Below, piece by piece: positions 1 through 9,546 of a stretch of DNA of 64,000 nt. The first letter of the stretch is position 1, and each line of letters opens with the position of its first letter. The stretch is from an uncultured Microthrixaceae bacterium (GTDB lineage Bacteria; Actinomycetota; Acidimicrobiia; Acidimicrobiales; VFJN01), in assembly GCA_963727905.1 (NCBI GenBank), contig CAVSIC010000029.1, forward strand, positions 2,953 to 66,952. The letters are read 5' to 3'. A program made the translations under genes and the position numbers. The notes under the pieces were generated by a model, which worked only from the letters and a program-made list of their open reading frames with translations, was not told the DNA's origin and made no database searches.

Positions 1-1227
1 CGGCGATGAACACGGCCAGCAGAGCGAAGACCAACATGCCGTAGAGGCCGGCCCCCACGCCGCCCGGGCTGACCTCTCCGAGCATCATGTTGACGAGCGG
101 CGCGGCTCCGCCGAGCGGCGTGAAGCTGTCGTGGGCGGAGTCGACCGCGCCCGTCGAGGTGCCGGTGGTGGAGGCGGCGAACAGGCCCGAGCCAGCCGGG
201 CCGAACCGCACCTCCTTGCCCTCGAGGTTCCCACCGGCTTGGAGGTCGCCGGCGTCCTGGCTGATGCCCGCGCGGAGGTCGGTGACCTCGCCGTTGCCGC
301 TCACCTCGAACCCCGTGGCAAGGGCGACCGAGCCGGCCCAGAGGGCGAACATCGCGCCGAAGACCACCCACCCCTGCTTCTGGTCCTCCACCATCCGCCC
401 GTAGGCGTACGTGAGCGAGAACGGGATGAGCAGGAGGGCACCGATCTGGAACAGGTTCGTGAACCCGTTCGGGTTGGAGAGCGGGTGAGCGGAGTTGGCG
501 TTGAGCGTCCCGCCGCCGTTCGTGCCGATCTCCTTGATGGCCTCCTGGCTGGCGAACGGGCCACCGGGGATCGACTGGGCCGCCCCCTCGACCGTGGCGG
601 CGGCCTCGGGACCGCGGAGGGTCTGGATCGCTCCTTGGCTCACCACCACGACGGTGAACACCATCGCCAGCGGGAGCAGGACGCGCACGGTGCCGCGCAC
701 CAGGTCGACCCAGAAGTTGCCGATCGTGGCCGAGCGACGGCGGGCGAGACCGCGCACGAGGGCCACCGCGACGCACAGCCCGACGGCTGCGGACACGAAG
801 TTCTGCACGGTGAGCCCCGCCATCTGGGTGAGGTAGCTCATCGTGCTCTCGCCGGCGTAGCTCTGCCAGTTGGTGTTCGTGACGAAGCTCACCGCGGTGT
901 TCCACGACAACGCCTCGGGCACCGCCCGCCATCGACGACGGGTTGAAGGGCAGCGACCCCTGGAGGCGCTGGAGGCCGTAGAGGCCGAGCACGGAGACGC
1001 TGCTGAACGCGAGGAGCGAGTGGGCGTACGCGGTCCAGCGCTGCTCGCGCTCGGGCGAGATGCCACAGAGCCGGTAGATCGGTCGCTCGAGCCGGAGGAA
1101 CACGCGATCGCCGTAGGACCGCTGGTCCGCCTCCGAACACGCCCGCCAGGTAGGGGCCGAGGAGCCGGGTGCCGACGCCGATGCTCGCCACGAGCGCGGC
1201 CAGCTGGAGCCAGGCGGCGCCGGTCAC
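1..1227 (-). pseudogene. kdpA: potassium-transporting ATPase subunit KdpA (C-terminal end lies beyond position 1); frame broken at ~1125 and ~940
   Basis: GTG at 1227 opens MTGAAWLQLAALVASIGVGTRLLGPYLAGVF. After two frame changes the same strand reads YGDRVFLRLERPIYRLCGISPEREQRWTAYAHSLLAF, then SWNTAVSFVTNTNWQSYAGESTMSYLTQMAGLTVQNFVSAAVG...FASQEAIKEIGTNGGG...GAVDSAHDSFTPLGG. This is KdpA-like throughout. It starts 1 nt after the kdpF stop. Confidence 0.9.
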
Positions 1228-1228
1228 G

Positions 1229-1414
1229 TCAGAACCGCTCGGGGACCACGAGGGCGGCGATGAGGTAGCCGGCCACGAGGATCGAGGCGATCAGCCCGGC
1301 GACGTTGTCGAAGGCCATCACGTCCGGTCCGACGATGCGGTCGCACGCGGCGACGAGCAGGCCGGCGACGACGAAGAAGCCGACGGTCAGGGCGATGTAC
1401 ACGAGATCTCGCAT
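1229..1414 (-). CDS. kdpF: KdpF-like small membrane subunit of the Kdp ATPase (61-codon ORF; canonical 29-residue KdpF would be 1229..1318)
   Basis: The last 29 residues, MAFDNVAGLIASILVAGYLIAALVVPERF, fit the KdpF pattern of one TM helix ending P-E-[KR]-F. The ORF sits immediately upstream of kdpA. The in-frame 32-codon extension MRDLVYIALTVGFFVVAGLLVAACDRIVGPDV is a second hydrophobic helix. Confidence 0.75.
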   Translation of the reverse strand: MRDLVYIALTVGFFVVAGLLVAACDRIVGPDVMAFDNVAGLIASILVAGYLIAALVVPERF

Positions 1415-1453
1415 GAGGCCCGTTGTACGGCCGCGGGAACCGTCCGACGAGGG

Positions 1454-1504
1454 CCTTGACGGGTCCTTGACGCGGGCCGTGGCCTTCTTGTCGCCCCGTT
1501 GACG
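1454..1504 (-). promoter_or_regulatory. three copies of a CCTTGACG-type motif upstream of kdpF (candidate response-regulator operator / promoter)
   Basis: Plus-strand CCTTGACG occurs at 1454-1461 and 1465-1472 (exact 11-nt phasing) and CGTTGACG at 1497-1504. All lie in the 90-nt gap between the kdpE stop and the kdpF start. The same motif set recurs upstream of kdpD (4479-4518). Confidence 0.4.
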
Positions 1505-2178
1505 TCAGGCGGTGAACCGGTAGCCCATCCCCCGCTCGGTGATGAAGAACCGGGGCCGGGCCGGATCGGGCTCGAGCTTCTTGCGCACCTGGGCCATGTG
1601 GACCCGCAGGTAGGCCGATTCCGTGCCGTATTGCGGCCCCCACACCTCCTGCAGCAGCTGGCGCTGGCGTCACGAGCCGCCCGGCGTTCCGCACGAGCAC
1701 CTCCACGAGGTGCCACTCGGTGGGCGTCAGTCGCACGTCGGCACCGTCCCGCTGCACGATCTTGCCGACCGAGGTCGATCGACAGCGTGTCCGTGGTGAC
1801 GACGGGCTCCTCCTCCGTCGGGAGGTTGCGGCGCACGGCGGCCCGGATGCGGGCGAGCAGCTCGTTCATGCCGAACGGCTTGGTCAGGTAGTCGTCGGCC
1901 CCGGCGTCGAGCGCCGCCACCTTGTCGCTTTCGGCGTCGCGAACGGACAGCACGATGATCGGCACGGTGGACCACCCCCGGAGGCCGGCCACCACCTCGA
2001 CGCCGTCGAGGTCAGGCAGGCCGAGGTCGAGGATCACCACGTCGGGGTGGTGGTCGGCGGCCAGCTGCAGCGCCTCCCGCCCCGTGTGGGCGAGGTCGAC
2101 CTCGAAGTCGCGGGCACGGAGGTTCGTCGCCAGGGCGCGCAGGATCTGGGGCTCGTCGTCGACCACGAGGATCCTCAC
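1505..2178 (-). pseudogene. kdpE: OmpR-family response regulator KdpE, frame broken at ~1760 and ~1665
   Basis: The receiver domain reads VRILVVDDEPQILRALATNLRARDFEVDLAHTGREALQLAADHHPDVVILDLGLPDLDG...YLTKPFGMNELLARIRAAVRR. In other frames come DGADVRLTPTEWHLVEVLVRNAGRLVT and RQLLQEVWGPQYGTESAYLRVHMAQVRKKLEPDPARPRFFITERGMGYRFTA (winged helix). The start forms a GTGA overlap with the kdpD stop. Confidence 0.9.
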
Positions 2179-4419
2179 GCTTCGTCGGCCTCCGGGAGCC
2201 CGACCACCATCGTGAGGCCGCCGCCGGGGGTGTCCTCCACGGTGAGCTCGCCGCCCATCGCCTCCGCGAAGCCGTGGGCCACTGCCAAGCCCAGCCCGAC
2301 CCCACCACCTGCATCGCCGAGTCGCTGGAAGGGCTCGAAGATCCGATCCTCGTCGGCCGAGGAGATGCCCGGACCACGGTCGACGACGCGAAGGTCGACG
2401 CGTCCGGCCACCGCCCCCGCCTCGATCCGAACCCGTCCGTCGGGGCCGGAGGCCGTGATGGCGTTGCTCGCCAGGTTGGCCACGACCCGCTCCAGGAGCG
2501 CAGGGTCCGCCGACACCCGCGGCAGCGTCTCGTCGAGGGCGATGTCGACGGTGTCGGTGCGGACCGCTCAGGCTCGCCAAGGCGGCGGGGACGACCTCCT
2601 CGTAGCCGACGGGACGCAGCTGGAAGCGCAGGGCCCCGCTCTGCAAGTCGGCTCATGTCGAGGAGGTTCCCGACCAGCGAGTCGAGGCGGTCGCTCTCCT
2701 CGTCGATCGTGCCGAGGAACTCCTGCACGGCGTCCTCGCTCCAGTCGACGTCCCGCTGGAGCAGGCTCGTGACCGACGCCTTGATCGATGCCAGTGGGCT
2801 CCGGAGGTCGTGCGACACCGCCCGCAGCAGCGACACCCGCAGCTCGTCGGCCCGCGCCACCATCAGCGCCTCGGCCGCCTGCTCCTCCATCAGCCACGCG
2901 CTCGCGAGCAGACGCCGCCTGGAGCGCCTCCACCTCCGCGCGCGATCGGAGCGACTCCTCGGCGCGGGCGCTGGCCTGGAGCACGAGGAGGCTGACGAGG
3001 AGCCCGACCACGAGGAAGACCACGAGGGCGAGCGCGTTCTCGCCGTGGGCGATCGTGAAGCCGTGGAACGGGGGCGTGAAGTAGTAGTTGGCGGTCAGCG
3101 ACCCCGACGACCGCCGCCACCGCCGCCGGGCCGATGCCTCCGACGGATCCCGCCACCACCACGAGCAGCAGGTACAGGAGCAGGTCGCTCGGCAGGCTGA
3201 AGGTCCCGCGGAGGTTGGTGAGGCGCCACCGTCAGCAGCGGCATCCCGAGCGCGACGATCAACCAACCGGCCCGTTGCCGACGCCTCGACACCGAGGGGA
3301 TCAGGCGATGGCGCCGGTGCTGGGGCACGGCACCGGAGGGAGTCCTCTCGACGCTGATGACGTGGACGTCGATGCCGCGTGCCTGCCGGACCACGTCGTT
3401 GATGACCGACCCGCGCAGCACCTCAGCCGCCCGCGAACGGGCGCTGGCACCCGATCACCAGCTGGGTGGCCTCCTCGGATCGGGCGAAGTCGGTGAGCGT
3501 GCCCGCCACATCGGCGCCGACCACCTCGTGGTACGTGCCACCGAGGCTCTCGAGCAGCGTGCGGTGCTCGTCGAGGCGCTCGACGGGCCCCTCGGCCAGC
3601 CCGTCCGCGGGGCGCACGTGCACCCCGACGAGGTCGCCACGCGCCCGGGTGGCCATCCGGGCGGCCCGACGGACTGAGCTGGTCGCCGCTCGGGCGCCCC
3701 GGTGAGGGCCACCACCACCCGCTCACGCGTCTCCCAGGTGTCGAGGATCCCGTGGGCCGCCTTGTAGCCCTGGAGCGAGTCATCGACCTGGTCGGCCACC
3801 CACATCAGGGCCAGCTCTCGCAGCGCGCCGAGGTTGCCGAGACGGAAGTAGTTGCCGAGCGCGGCGTCGACCTTCTCCGGCGCGTAGATGTTCCCGTGGG
3901 CCATCCGGCGTCGCAGCGCCTCCGGTGCCATGTCGACCAGCTCGACCTGCTCGGCGCGGCGGGCCACCTCGTCCGGGATGGTCTCGCGCTGAGTCACGCC
4001 GGTGATGCGCTCGACCACGTCGTTGAGCGACTCGAGGTGCTGGATGTTGAGCGTCGAGATGACGTCGATGCCGGCGTCGCGGAGCTGCTCGACGTCCTGC
4101 CACCGCTTCTCGTTGGGCGAGCCCGGCGCGTTGGTGTGGGCCAGCTCGTCGACCAGGGCCACGGTCGGGGCCCTGGCGATGACGGCAGTCGACGTCCATC
4201 TCTTCGAAGGTCGAGCCTCGGTAGGTGACCGTGGTCCGCGGCACGACCTCCAGCCCTTCCAGCTGCGCCGCGGTGTTGGGGCGCCCGTGGGTCTCCACGT
4301 AGGCGACGACGATGTCGGTGCCCGCGCTCCACCCGGCGCCGACCCTCGTTCAGCATGGCGAAGGTCTTGCCGACGCCCGGGGCGGCACCGAGGTAGATCC
4401 GCAGCGAACCCCGGGCCAT
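2175..4419 (-). pseudogene. kdpD: sensor histidine kinase KdpD, at least 10 frame changes
   Basis: Pieces in order on the minus strand:
- MARGSLRIYLGAAPGVGKTFAMLNEG (P-loop);
- TDIVVAYVETHGRPNTAAQLEGLEVVPR;
- ALVDELAHTNAPGSPNEKRWQDVEQLRDAGIDVISTLNIQHLESLNDVVERITGV...LRELALMWVADQV (KdpD N domain);
- MATRARGDLVGVHVRP...TYHEVVG (USP);
- ANYYFTPPFHGFTIAHGENALALVVFLVVGLLVS (membrane part);
- ELRVSLLRAVSHDLRSPLASIKASV (HisKA);
- VVANLASNAI...VVDRGPGI...GGVGLGLAVAHGF (HATPase). Confidence 0.9.
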
Positions 4420-4478
4420 GGGCCGAAGCGTACGGCCGGCACCGCCGTGCAGCAGCCGGACATCGGGTCCCGATGGGG

Positions 4479-4518
4479 TCTTGACGTTTCCTTGATGGAG
4501 GGGACGGAGGTCTTGACG
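4479..4518 (-). promoter_or_regulatory. three copies of the [TC]CTTGA[CT]G motif upstream of kdpD (candidate operator / promoter)
   Basis: TCTTGACG lies at 4479-4486 and CCTTGATG at 4490-4497 (11-nt phasing), with TCTTGACG again at 4511-4518. They sit 60-100 nt upstream of the kdpD ATG (4419), in the divergent gap toward the DUF4118 gene. Confidence 0.35.
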
Positions 4519-4606
4519 GGAGCCAGACGGCTGTTCGCGGACGTCGGTCGTACAACCGAAGACATGCGAACCTCGCTCACGCGACCGCCTGCTCGTCGCC
4601 GGCGCC

Positions 4607-5345
4607 GTGCTGTTGCCCTTCGGTCTCGCTGCAGCACTCGTCCCGCTCCGCGACGACATGGTCAGCGCCAACGTGGCCCTCGTGCTGGTGGTGGCCGTCG
4701 TCGGCGTCGCGGCCACGGGCCGACGCACGGCGGCGCTGCTGACCGCGGTGTCCGCCGCCACCAGCTTCAACCTCTTCCACACCCAGCCGTACCTGTCGTT
4801 CCGGATCAGCTCGAGCGAGGATCTCGAGACCGCGGCCCTCCTCCTCGTCGTCGGGCTGGTCGTGGGGGAGATCGCCCTCCGGGGTCGCCGGGCCCGTTGC
4901 CTCGTCGCACGCGAGCGCGACGACCTGAGGTCCATCCAGAGCATCGGGGCGCTGGTGGCCCAAGGGGAGAGCGCCGATCACGTGCTGATGGCGACCGCTT
5001 CCGAGCTCACGTACCTCCTCGGGCTCGTCGACTGCCGGTACGAGAACGGCGCTCCCAGCGAGCCGCCCGCTGCCGGTGGTCCGACGCGACGGCTCGACGT
5101 GGTGGGGGCCGACCGCCTGGGAGACGGAGCGATGGGGGGTTCCCACCGATGGCGTCGCCATCTCCGTGCTCACCAACGGCCGCCCCCGCGGCCGCTTCGT
5201 GCTCACGGCCCCGGTCGGCCTCCCCATCAGCCGGGAGCAGCTCATGAAGGCGGTCGCCCTCGTCGACCAGGCCGGCGCCGCCCTCGCGGCCAGGGACGGC
5301 ACCGTGAACGGCCTGCCCATCGACGGCCCACGAGGAGGGGCCTGA
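4607..5345 (+). pseudogene. DUF4118 (KdpD-type membrane sensor domain) protein without kinase domain; one frame change at ~5075
   Basis: The N-terminal part reads LLPFGLAAALVPLRDDMVSANVALVLVVAVVGVAATGRRTAALLTAVSAATSFNLFHTQPYLSFRISSSEDLETAALLLVVGLVVGEI, which is a DUF4118-like helix bundle. It continues in another frame as VVRRDGSTWWGPTAWETERWGVPTDGVAISVLTNGRPRGRFVLTAP...QLMKAVALVDQAGAALAAR. The start could also lie a little upstream (ATG 4564 is in a different frame). Confidence 0.7.
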
Positions 5346-5469
5346 GGCTCCCGCGCGCCGCGTCGTCCCCCAGCCGATCAGCGCCGATCTCGGCGTTGCC
5401 CTCCCGCCCGACACCATCGGCTACCGGATCAAGCGCAAGCTCCTCGGCCCGCCGCTGCACAGCGACGAG

Positions 5470-7379
5470 ATGGAGCACCAGCGGCTCGGCAAGCCCACGG
5501 CGCTCGCCGTGTTCGCGTCCGACAACCTCTCGTCGAGCGCCTACGCGACCGAGGAGATCCTCCACGTCCTCATCCCGCTGGTGGGCGTCGCCGCGTTCTC
5601 GCTCGTGGTGCCGATCACGGTCGCGATGATCGTGGTGCTCGGGTTCCTGATCCTCAGCTACCGCGAGACGATCAAGGAGTACCCGTCGGCAGGCGGGGCG
5701 TACCTGGTCACCCGCGACAACTTCGGGATCATCCCGGCGCAGGTCGCCGGCGCGTCCCTGCTCACCGACTACATCCTCACCGTGGCGGTGTCGGCGTCGG
5801 CCGGGACGGCGGCCCTCGTGTCCGCGTTCGAGGGACTGGCGCCGATGCGGGTGCCGATCGCGATCTTCTTCGTCGCCCTGATCGCGTTCGGCAACCTCCG
5901 CGGGGTGAAGGAGAGCGGGAAGATCTTCGCGGTCCCCACCTACTTCTTCATCTTCAACATGCTGCTGCTGCTCGGGATCGGGCTGGTGAAGTACCTGACC
6001 GGCGACCTCCACGTCGTCGCCGGCGCCGTCGAGGGGAACGTCCCGTTCGGCACCTCGTCCGACGCCCTCTTCTACGGGGCCGGGCTGTTCGGCGTGCTCC
6101 ACGCGTTCGCGTCCGGCGGCGCCGCGGTGACCGGGGTGGAGGCGATCTCGAACGGCGTCCCCGCGTTCCACAAGCCGGAGTGGAGGAACGCCCGCCAGAC
6201 CCTCGTGGTGATGGGCGCCGGCCTCGGGATCATGTTCTTCGGCCTCTCGGCCCTGGCCGCCGCCACCCACGTGGCCCCGTTCGAGACGGGCACGCCCACC
6301 GTCATCGCCCAGGTCGGCGAGGCCGTGTTCGGCGGAGGCGTGCTCGGCGACGTCCTCTTCTACTCACTGCAGGCCGGCACGATGCTGATCCTCGTGATGG
6401 CCGCCAACACCGGGTTCGCCGACTTCCCGCGGCTGGCCAGCTTCCAGGCGGGCGACAGCTTCCTGCCCCGGCAGATGACCAAGCGCGGCCACCGCCTCGT
6501 GTACTCGAACGGCGTCCTGGTACTCGGCGGAGCGGCGTCGCTGCTGATCGTCGCGACCGGCGGCGGTGGTCACCCAGCTCATCCCGCTCTACGCCATCGG
6601 CGTGTTCACCGGCTTCACGCTGTCCCAGGCCGGGCATGGTGAAGCACCACTTCACCCACCGGCACCCCGGGTGGAGGAAGAGCATCGGCATCCAGGGCAC
6701 CGGCGCCCTGCTGTCCTTCCTCGTGCTCCTCATCGTCTCGATCACGAAGTTCGGCGACGGGGCGTGGGTGATCCTCATCGTGCTGCCGGTCATGGTCGTC
6801 CTCCTGCTGCGGCTCAACCGTCAGTACCGGATCGAGGCAGCCGACCTCGAGCACGAGGTCCCCGCGGCCGCGGTGGCCCCGATCCTTCGCCGGCACGTCG
6901 TGCTCGTGTTCGTCGATCGCCTCGATGCCGCCGCCGCCCGCACCATCCAGTACGCCCGGACCCTGACCCCCGACGAGCTGCGGGTCGTGCACTTCGTGCT
7001 CGACGATCATGCCGCCCACGACCTCGCCGAGCAGTGGCGCCGCCTCGGGCTGCAGCGCGTGCCGCTCGAGCTCGTGGCCTGTCCCGATCGTCGGCTCACT
7101 CGGGCGGCGGTGGAGTGCGTGGCGCGGGAGCTGTCCGACGGCGAGACCGAGGTCTCGGTGCTCCTCCCCGAGCGAAAGTACAAGGGAGCCTGGCACCGCG
7201 TGCTCCACGACCGCACGGGCGAGGCGATCCAGGAGCAGGTGTCCCACCTGGCCCACGCCAACGTCACGAGCGTCCCGTTCCACTTCGGGACCCGGACGCA
7301 AGCCGTGGCCAGCGCGCCGCGCCGCATCGTCGCGCGGCGCGGCCGCGGCCGCCGTCCCCCCGGCCGACCCGGAGGGTGA
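5470..7379 (+). pseudogene. APC-superfamily permease with C-terminal cytoplasmic domain; frame changes at ~6560 and ~6625; true start probably upstream of 5470
   Basis: The sequence reads LGKPTALAVFASDNLSSSAYATEEILHVL..., with 12 or so hydrophobic segments. It then gives VVTQLIPLYAIGVFTGFTLSQAG and MVKHHFTHRHPGWRKSIGIQGTGALLSFLVLLIVSITKFGDGAWVILIVLPVMV, followed by a soluble tail (RRHVVLVFVDRLDAAAARTIQYARTL...LLPERKYKGAWHRVLHDRTGE). The in-frame upstream residues IGYRIKRKLLGPPLHSDE also look like part of the protein. Confidence 0.8.
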
Positions 7380-7407
7380 CCCCGGCTCCAACGGGCTCGC
7401 CGTCCTC

Positions 7408-7680
7408 GTGGAGGGCCGGGTACCGATCATCGACGCCAGCTGGCGCCATCGCGTGGCCGTCGCCGGACGGGTCCGCTCCATGCGGGTCGCCCCGCAGCAC
7501 GATTCGCCGACCCTCGAGCTCGTGCTGGTGGACGACACCGGAGCCATCTCCGTGGTGTTCCTGGGCCGACGCGAGCTCGCCGGCGTCGAGGTCGGGACGG
7601 TCATGACCGTCGAGGGCATGGTGGGCGTCCACAAGGCCCGACTGGCCATCCTGAACCCTGCGTACCGGCTGCTCGTCTGA
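7408..7680 (+). CDS. small OB-fold domain protein (N-terminus uncertain, may extend upstream in a shifted frame)
   Basis: The sequence VPIIDASWRHRVAVAGRVRSMRVAPQHDSPTLELVLVDDTGAISVVFLGRRELAGVEVGTVMTVEGMVGVHKARLAILNPAYRLLV has the typical shape of the small OB-fold proteins that follow this type of permease in actinobacteria. GTG 7408 is the first usable start in this frame. Confidence 0.6.
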   Translation: MEGRVPIIDASWRHRVAVAGRVRSMRVAPQHDSPTLELVLVDDTGAISVVFLGRRELAGVEVGTVMTVEGMVGVHKARLAILNPAYRLLV

Positions 7681-7694
7681 CCTGTCCGACGACG

Positions 7695-7720
7695 AAGGCC
7701 CAGGCCGGAGCCTGGGCCTT
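7695..7720. terminator. perfect 11-bp stem / 4-nt loop hairpin between the OB-fold gene and tRNA-Pro
   Basis: AAGGCCCAGGC-cgga-GCCTGGGCCTT, 15 nt after the stop at 7680. It could terminate transcription from either side. There is no T-tract, as is usual in GC-rich actinobacteria. Confidence 0.6.
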
Positions 7721-7730
7721 GTCACCGCTC

Positions 7731-7807
7731 TGGTCGGGTGGAGAGGATTTGAACCTCCGACCTCTGCGTCCCGAACGCAGCGCTCTACCAAGCTGAGCCA
7801 CCACCCG
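7731..7807 (-). tRNA. tRNA-Pro (anticodon CGG), 77 nt, CCA encoded
   Basis: The reverse complement CGGGTGGTGGCTCAGCTTGGTAGAGCGCTGCGTTCGGGACGCAGAGGTCGGAGGTTCAAATCCTCTCCACCCGACCA folds as a cloverleaf:
- acceptor CGGGTGG/CCACCCG;
- D stem GCTC/GAGC;
- anticodon stem CTGCG/CGCAG with loop TTCGGGA;
- T stem GGAGG/CCTCT with loop TTCAAAT. Confidence 0.95.
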
Positions 7808-7837
7808 GAAGGGAGGGGTCAGGCTAGCGCGAAGCCC

Positions 7838-8543
7838 TCAACCCTCCGAAAGCCCGAAGAGCGGCAGGCACGGCTCCAGACCCACGATCTCGATGTCGTC
7901 CCGGCGGATGTCCTCCCAACCGGCTCGGTCCATCGCGAAGAGCAGCTCGCGGTCCCGTCGCTCGCCGTCGACCACGAGGGCGTCGCCGTTCGGGCGGTAG
8001 CCGAGCTTCCGGGTGACCGCGAGCGACGCCTCGTTGTCCTCGAAGGCGCCCGTGTCGGCTCGATCCGCCCCGAGGCCGGCGAAGGCCAGGTGCAGGATCG
8101 CCGCCCGCATCTCGGTGCCGATGCCTTGGCCCTGGTGGGCGCGGCCGAGCCAGGACCCGCTCAGCACCGTGCGGCTCACGGGATAGCTCGTGGTCCAGAG
8201 CCCCTGCGTGCCGACCACCTGGCCGTCGACCACCGTGGCGAGCTCGAGGCGCCATGCGTGCTTCGACCAGTCGCCGCGGCGAGCCCAGTGGTACTGCAGG
8301 ACGTTCCGTTCCAGCTCGAGGGCTGGGCACCTCGTTCCATCCCACCGAGAAGCGGCGGAGCCCGGCGTCGTGGATGTCGCCCGAGAGATCGGCCAGGACC
8401 AGCAGGTCGTCGTCATCCGGGTACCGGAGCTCGAGGCGGGGCGTGCGGACCGACAGCCCGAACAGGGGCCAGACCTCGGCAAGCCGCTCGCGCTGCTCCA
8501 CGCCGACCAGGTTTCCATCGAACCCGCGATGCGGGCGTGGCAA
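7838..8543 (-). pseudogene. GNAT-family N-acetyltransferase (RimJ/RimL-like), one frame change at ~8325
   Basis: The N-terminal piece is MPRPHRGFDGNLVGVEQRERLAEVWPLFGLSVRTPRLELRYPDDDDLLVLADL...GWNEVPSP. It continues in another frame as LELERNVLQYHWARRGDWSKHAWRLELATVVDGQVVGTQGLW...GRAHQGQGIGTEMRAAILHLAFAGLGADRADTGAFEDNEASLAVTRKLGYRPNG. Confidence 0.8.
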
Positions 8544-8576
8544 TTCCGTCCCGCCGGCGTCGCGAGAACGCTGGGT

Positions 8577-8951
8577 TCAGGTCTTGGCGCCCAGGACCTC
8601 GACGGCCTTGGCCCGGAGGGCGAAGGCGTCGAGCGGCTTCACGAGCCAGCCCTCGGCCCCGGAGCGGCGGGCCAGGTGCACGTCGGCGTCGCGGTCGAGG
8701 AGCATCAGCACGGGGACCTGCGGCAGGCGGCCGTCGCCGGCCTCGTTGCGCAGGTGGAGGCAGGTGGCGATCCCGCCCATGTTGCCGATCTGCAGGTCGA
8801 GGATCACCAGGTCGGGGGTGGATTCGGCCACCACGCCGGCCACCGCGCTGCCGGCCCGCACCCGGACGACGCGGGTGTGCTCGTCGGCGAGGGCGGCGTC
8901 GACCTCGTCGAACACGTCATCGGCATCGGTGGCGATCAGCACGTCCGTCAC
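8577..8951 (-). CDS. single-domain response regulator (receiver only)
   Basis: VTDVLIATDADDVFDEVDAALADEHTRVVRVRAGSAVAGVVAESTPDLVILDLQIGNMGGIATCLHLR...VPVLMLLDRDADVHLARRSGAEGWLVKPLD carries the acidic pocket, the phospho-acceptor Asp (ILDLQ) and the conserved Lys (VKP). It starts with GTG at 8951. Confidence 0.85.
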   Translation of the reverse strand: MTDVLIATDADDVFDEVDAALADEHTRVVRVRAGSAVAGVVAESTPDLVILDLQIGNMGGIATCLHLRNEAGDGRLPQVPVLMLLDRDADVHLARRSGAEGWLVKPLDAFALRAKAVEVLGAKT

Positions 8952-9080
8952 GGCGGCGACGCTAGTGCCCGGTCCCGACTGGGCTCCATCTCCCGCCCGG
9001 GCGGGTAGAGGGCACCGGCTGGCTACCATGCGCCCCAGCGCGGGCCGATGGAGCCGATCCGAACGCCCCCTGGAGGACGA

Positions 9081-9441
9081 GTGCTCGACATCGAGGTGGA
9101 GGAGTCCGCCGCCCACACGCTGTGCCGACCCGTCGGCGAGCTGGACGCCTACACGGTGAGCCAGTTCCGCGAGGCGCTCGGAGGCCTGGCCGAGAAGCAG
9201 TACCTCCTGATCGACCTGTCCGCCGTGCCGTTCATGGACTCCGCCGGGTCTCGGCGCGCTCATCGGCGGGATCCGGCGGGCCCGCGAGGCCGGGGGCGAC
9301 GTGGCGGTGGCCTGCAGCCGCCCCACCCTGATCCGCCTGCTGCACACCACCGGCTTCGACCGGATCGTGTCGGTCACCGACACCGTGGCCGCCGCCGCCG
9401 ACGCCCTGGCCGAGGCCCGGGCCGCCGGCCCTTCCACCTAG
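9081..9441 (+). pseudogene. STAS-domain anti-sigma-factor antagonist (SpoIIAA-like), one frame change at ~9246
   Basis: VLDIEVEESAAHTLCRPVGELDAYTVSQFREALGGLAEKQYLLIDLSAVPFMDSAG is followed, after removing one G from a GGG run, by LGALIGGIRRAREAGGDVAVACSRPTLIRLLHTTGFDRIVSVTDTVAAAADAL. GGAGGA lies 4 nt upstream of the GTG at 9081. An ATG at 9048 is an alternative start. Confidence 0.8.
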
Positions 9442-9546
9442 GTCACAGGCCCAGCGAGGTCGGAGCCGGGCGGCTTCGCCGACCCGGTGAAGACACCGGC
9501 GGAGGCTGAACCCGGGCCCGAAGGGCCGCCATGACCGCAGCCGGCG

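Noticed and set aside
7681-7840. tRNA-Pro as a possible integration site of a genomic island or prophage
   Set aside because: No integrase, excisionase or phage-like gene lies on either side. I did not spot a direct repeat of the tRNA 3' end elsewhere in the window. The neighbours are ordinary chromosomal genes.
8992-9005. 14-nt perfect GC palindrome CCCGCCCGGGCGGG in the REC/STAS divergent spacer
   Set aside because: Short GC-only palindromes are expected by chance at this base composition. There is no second copy or phasing to suggest an operator.
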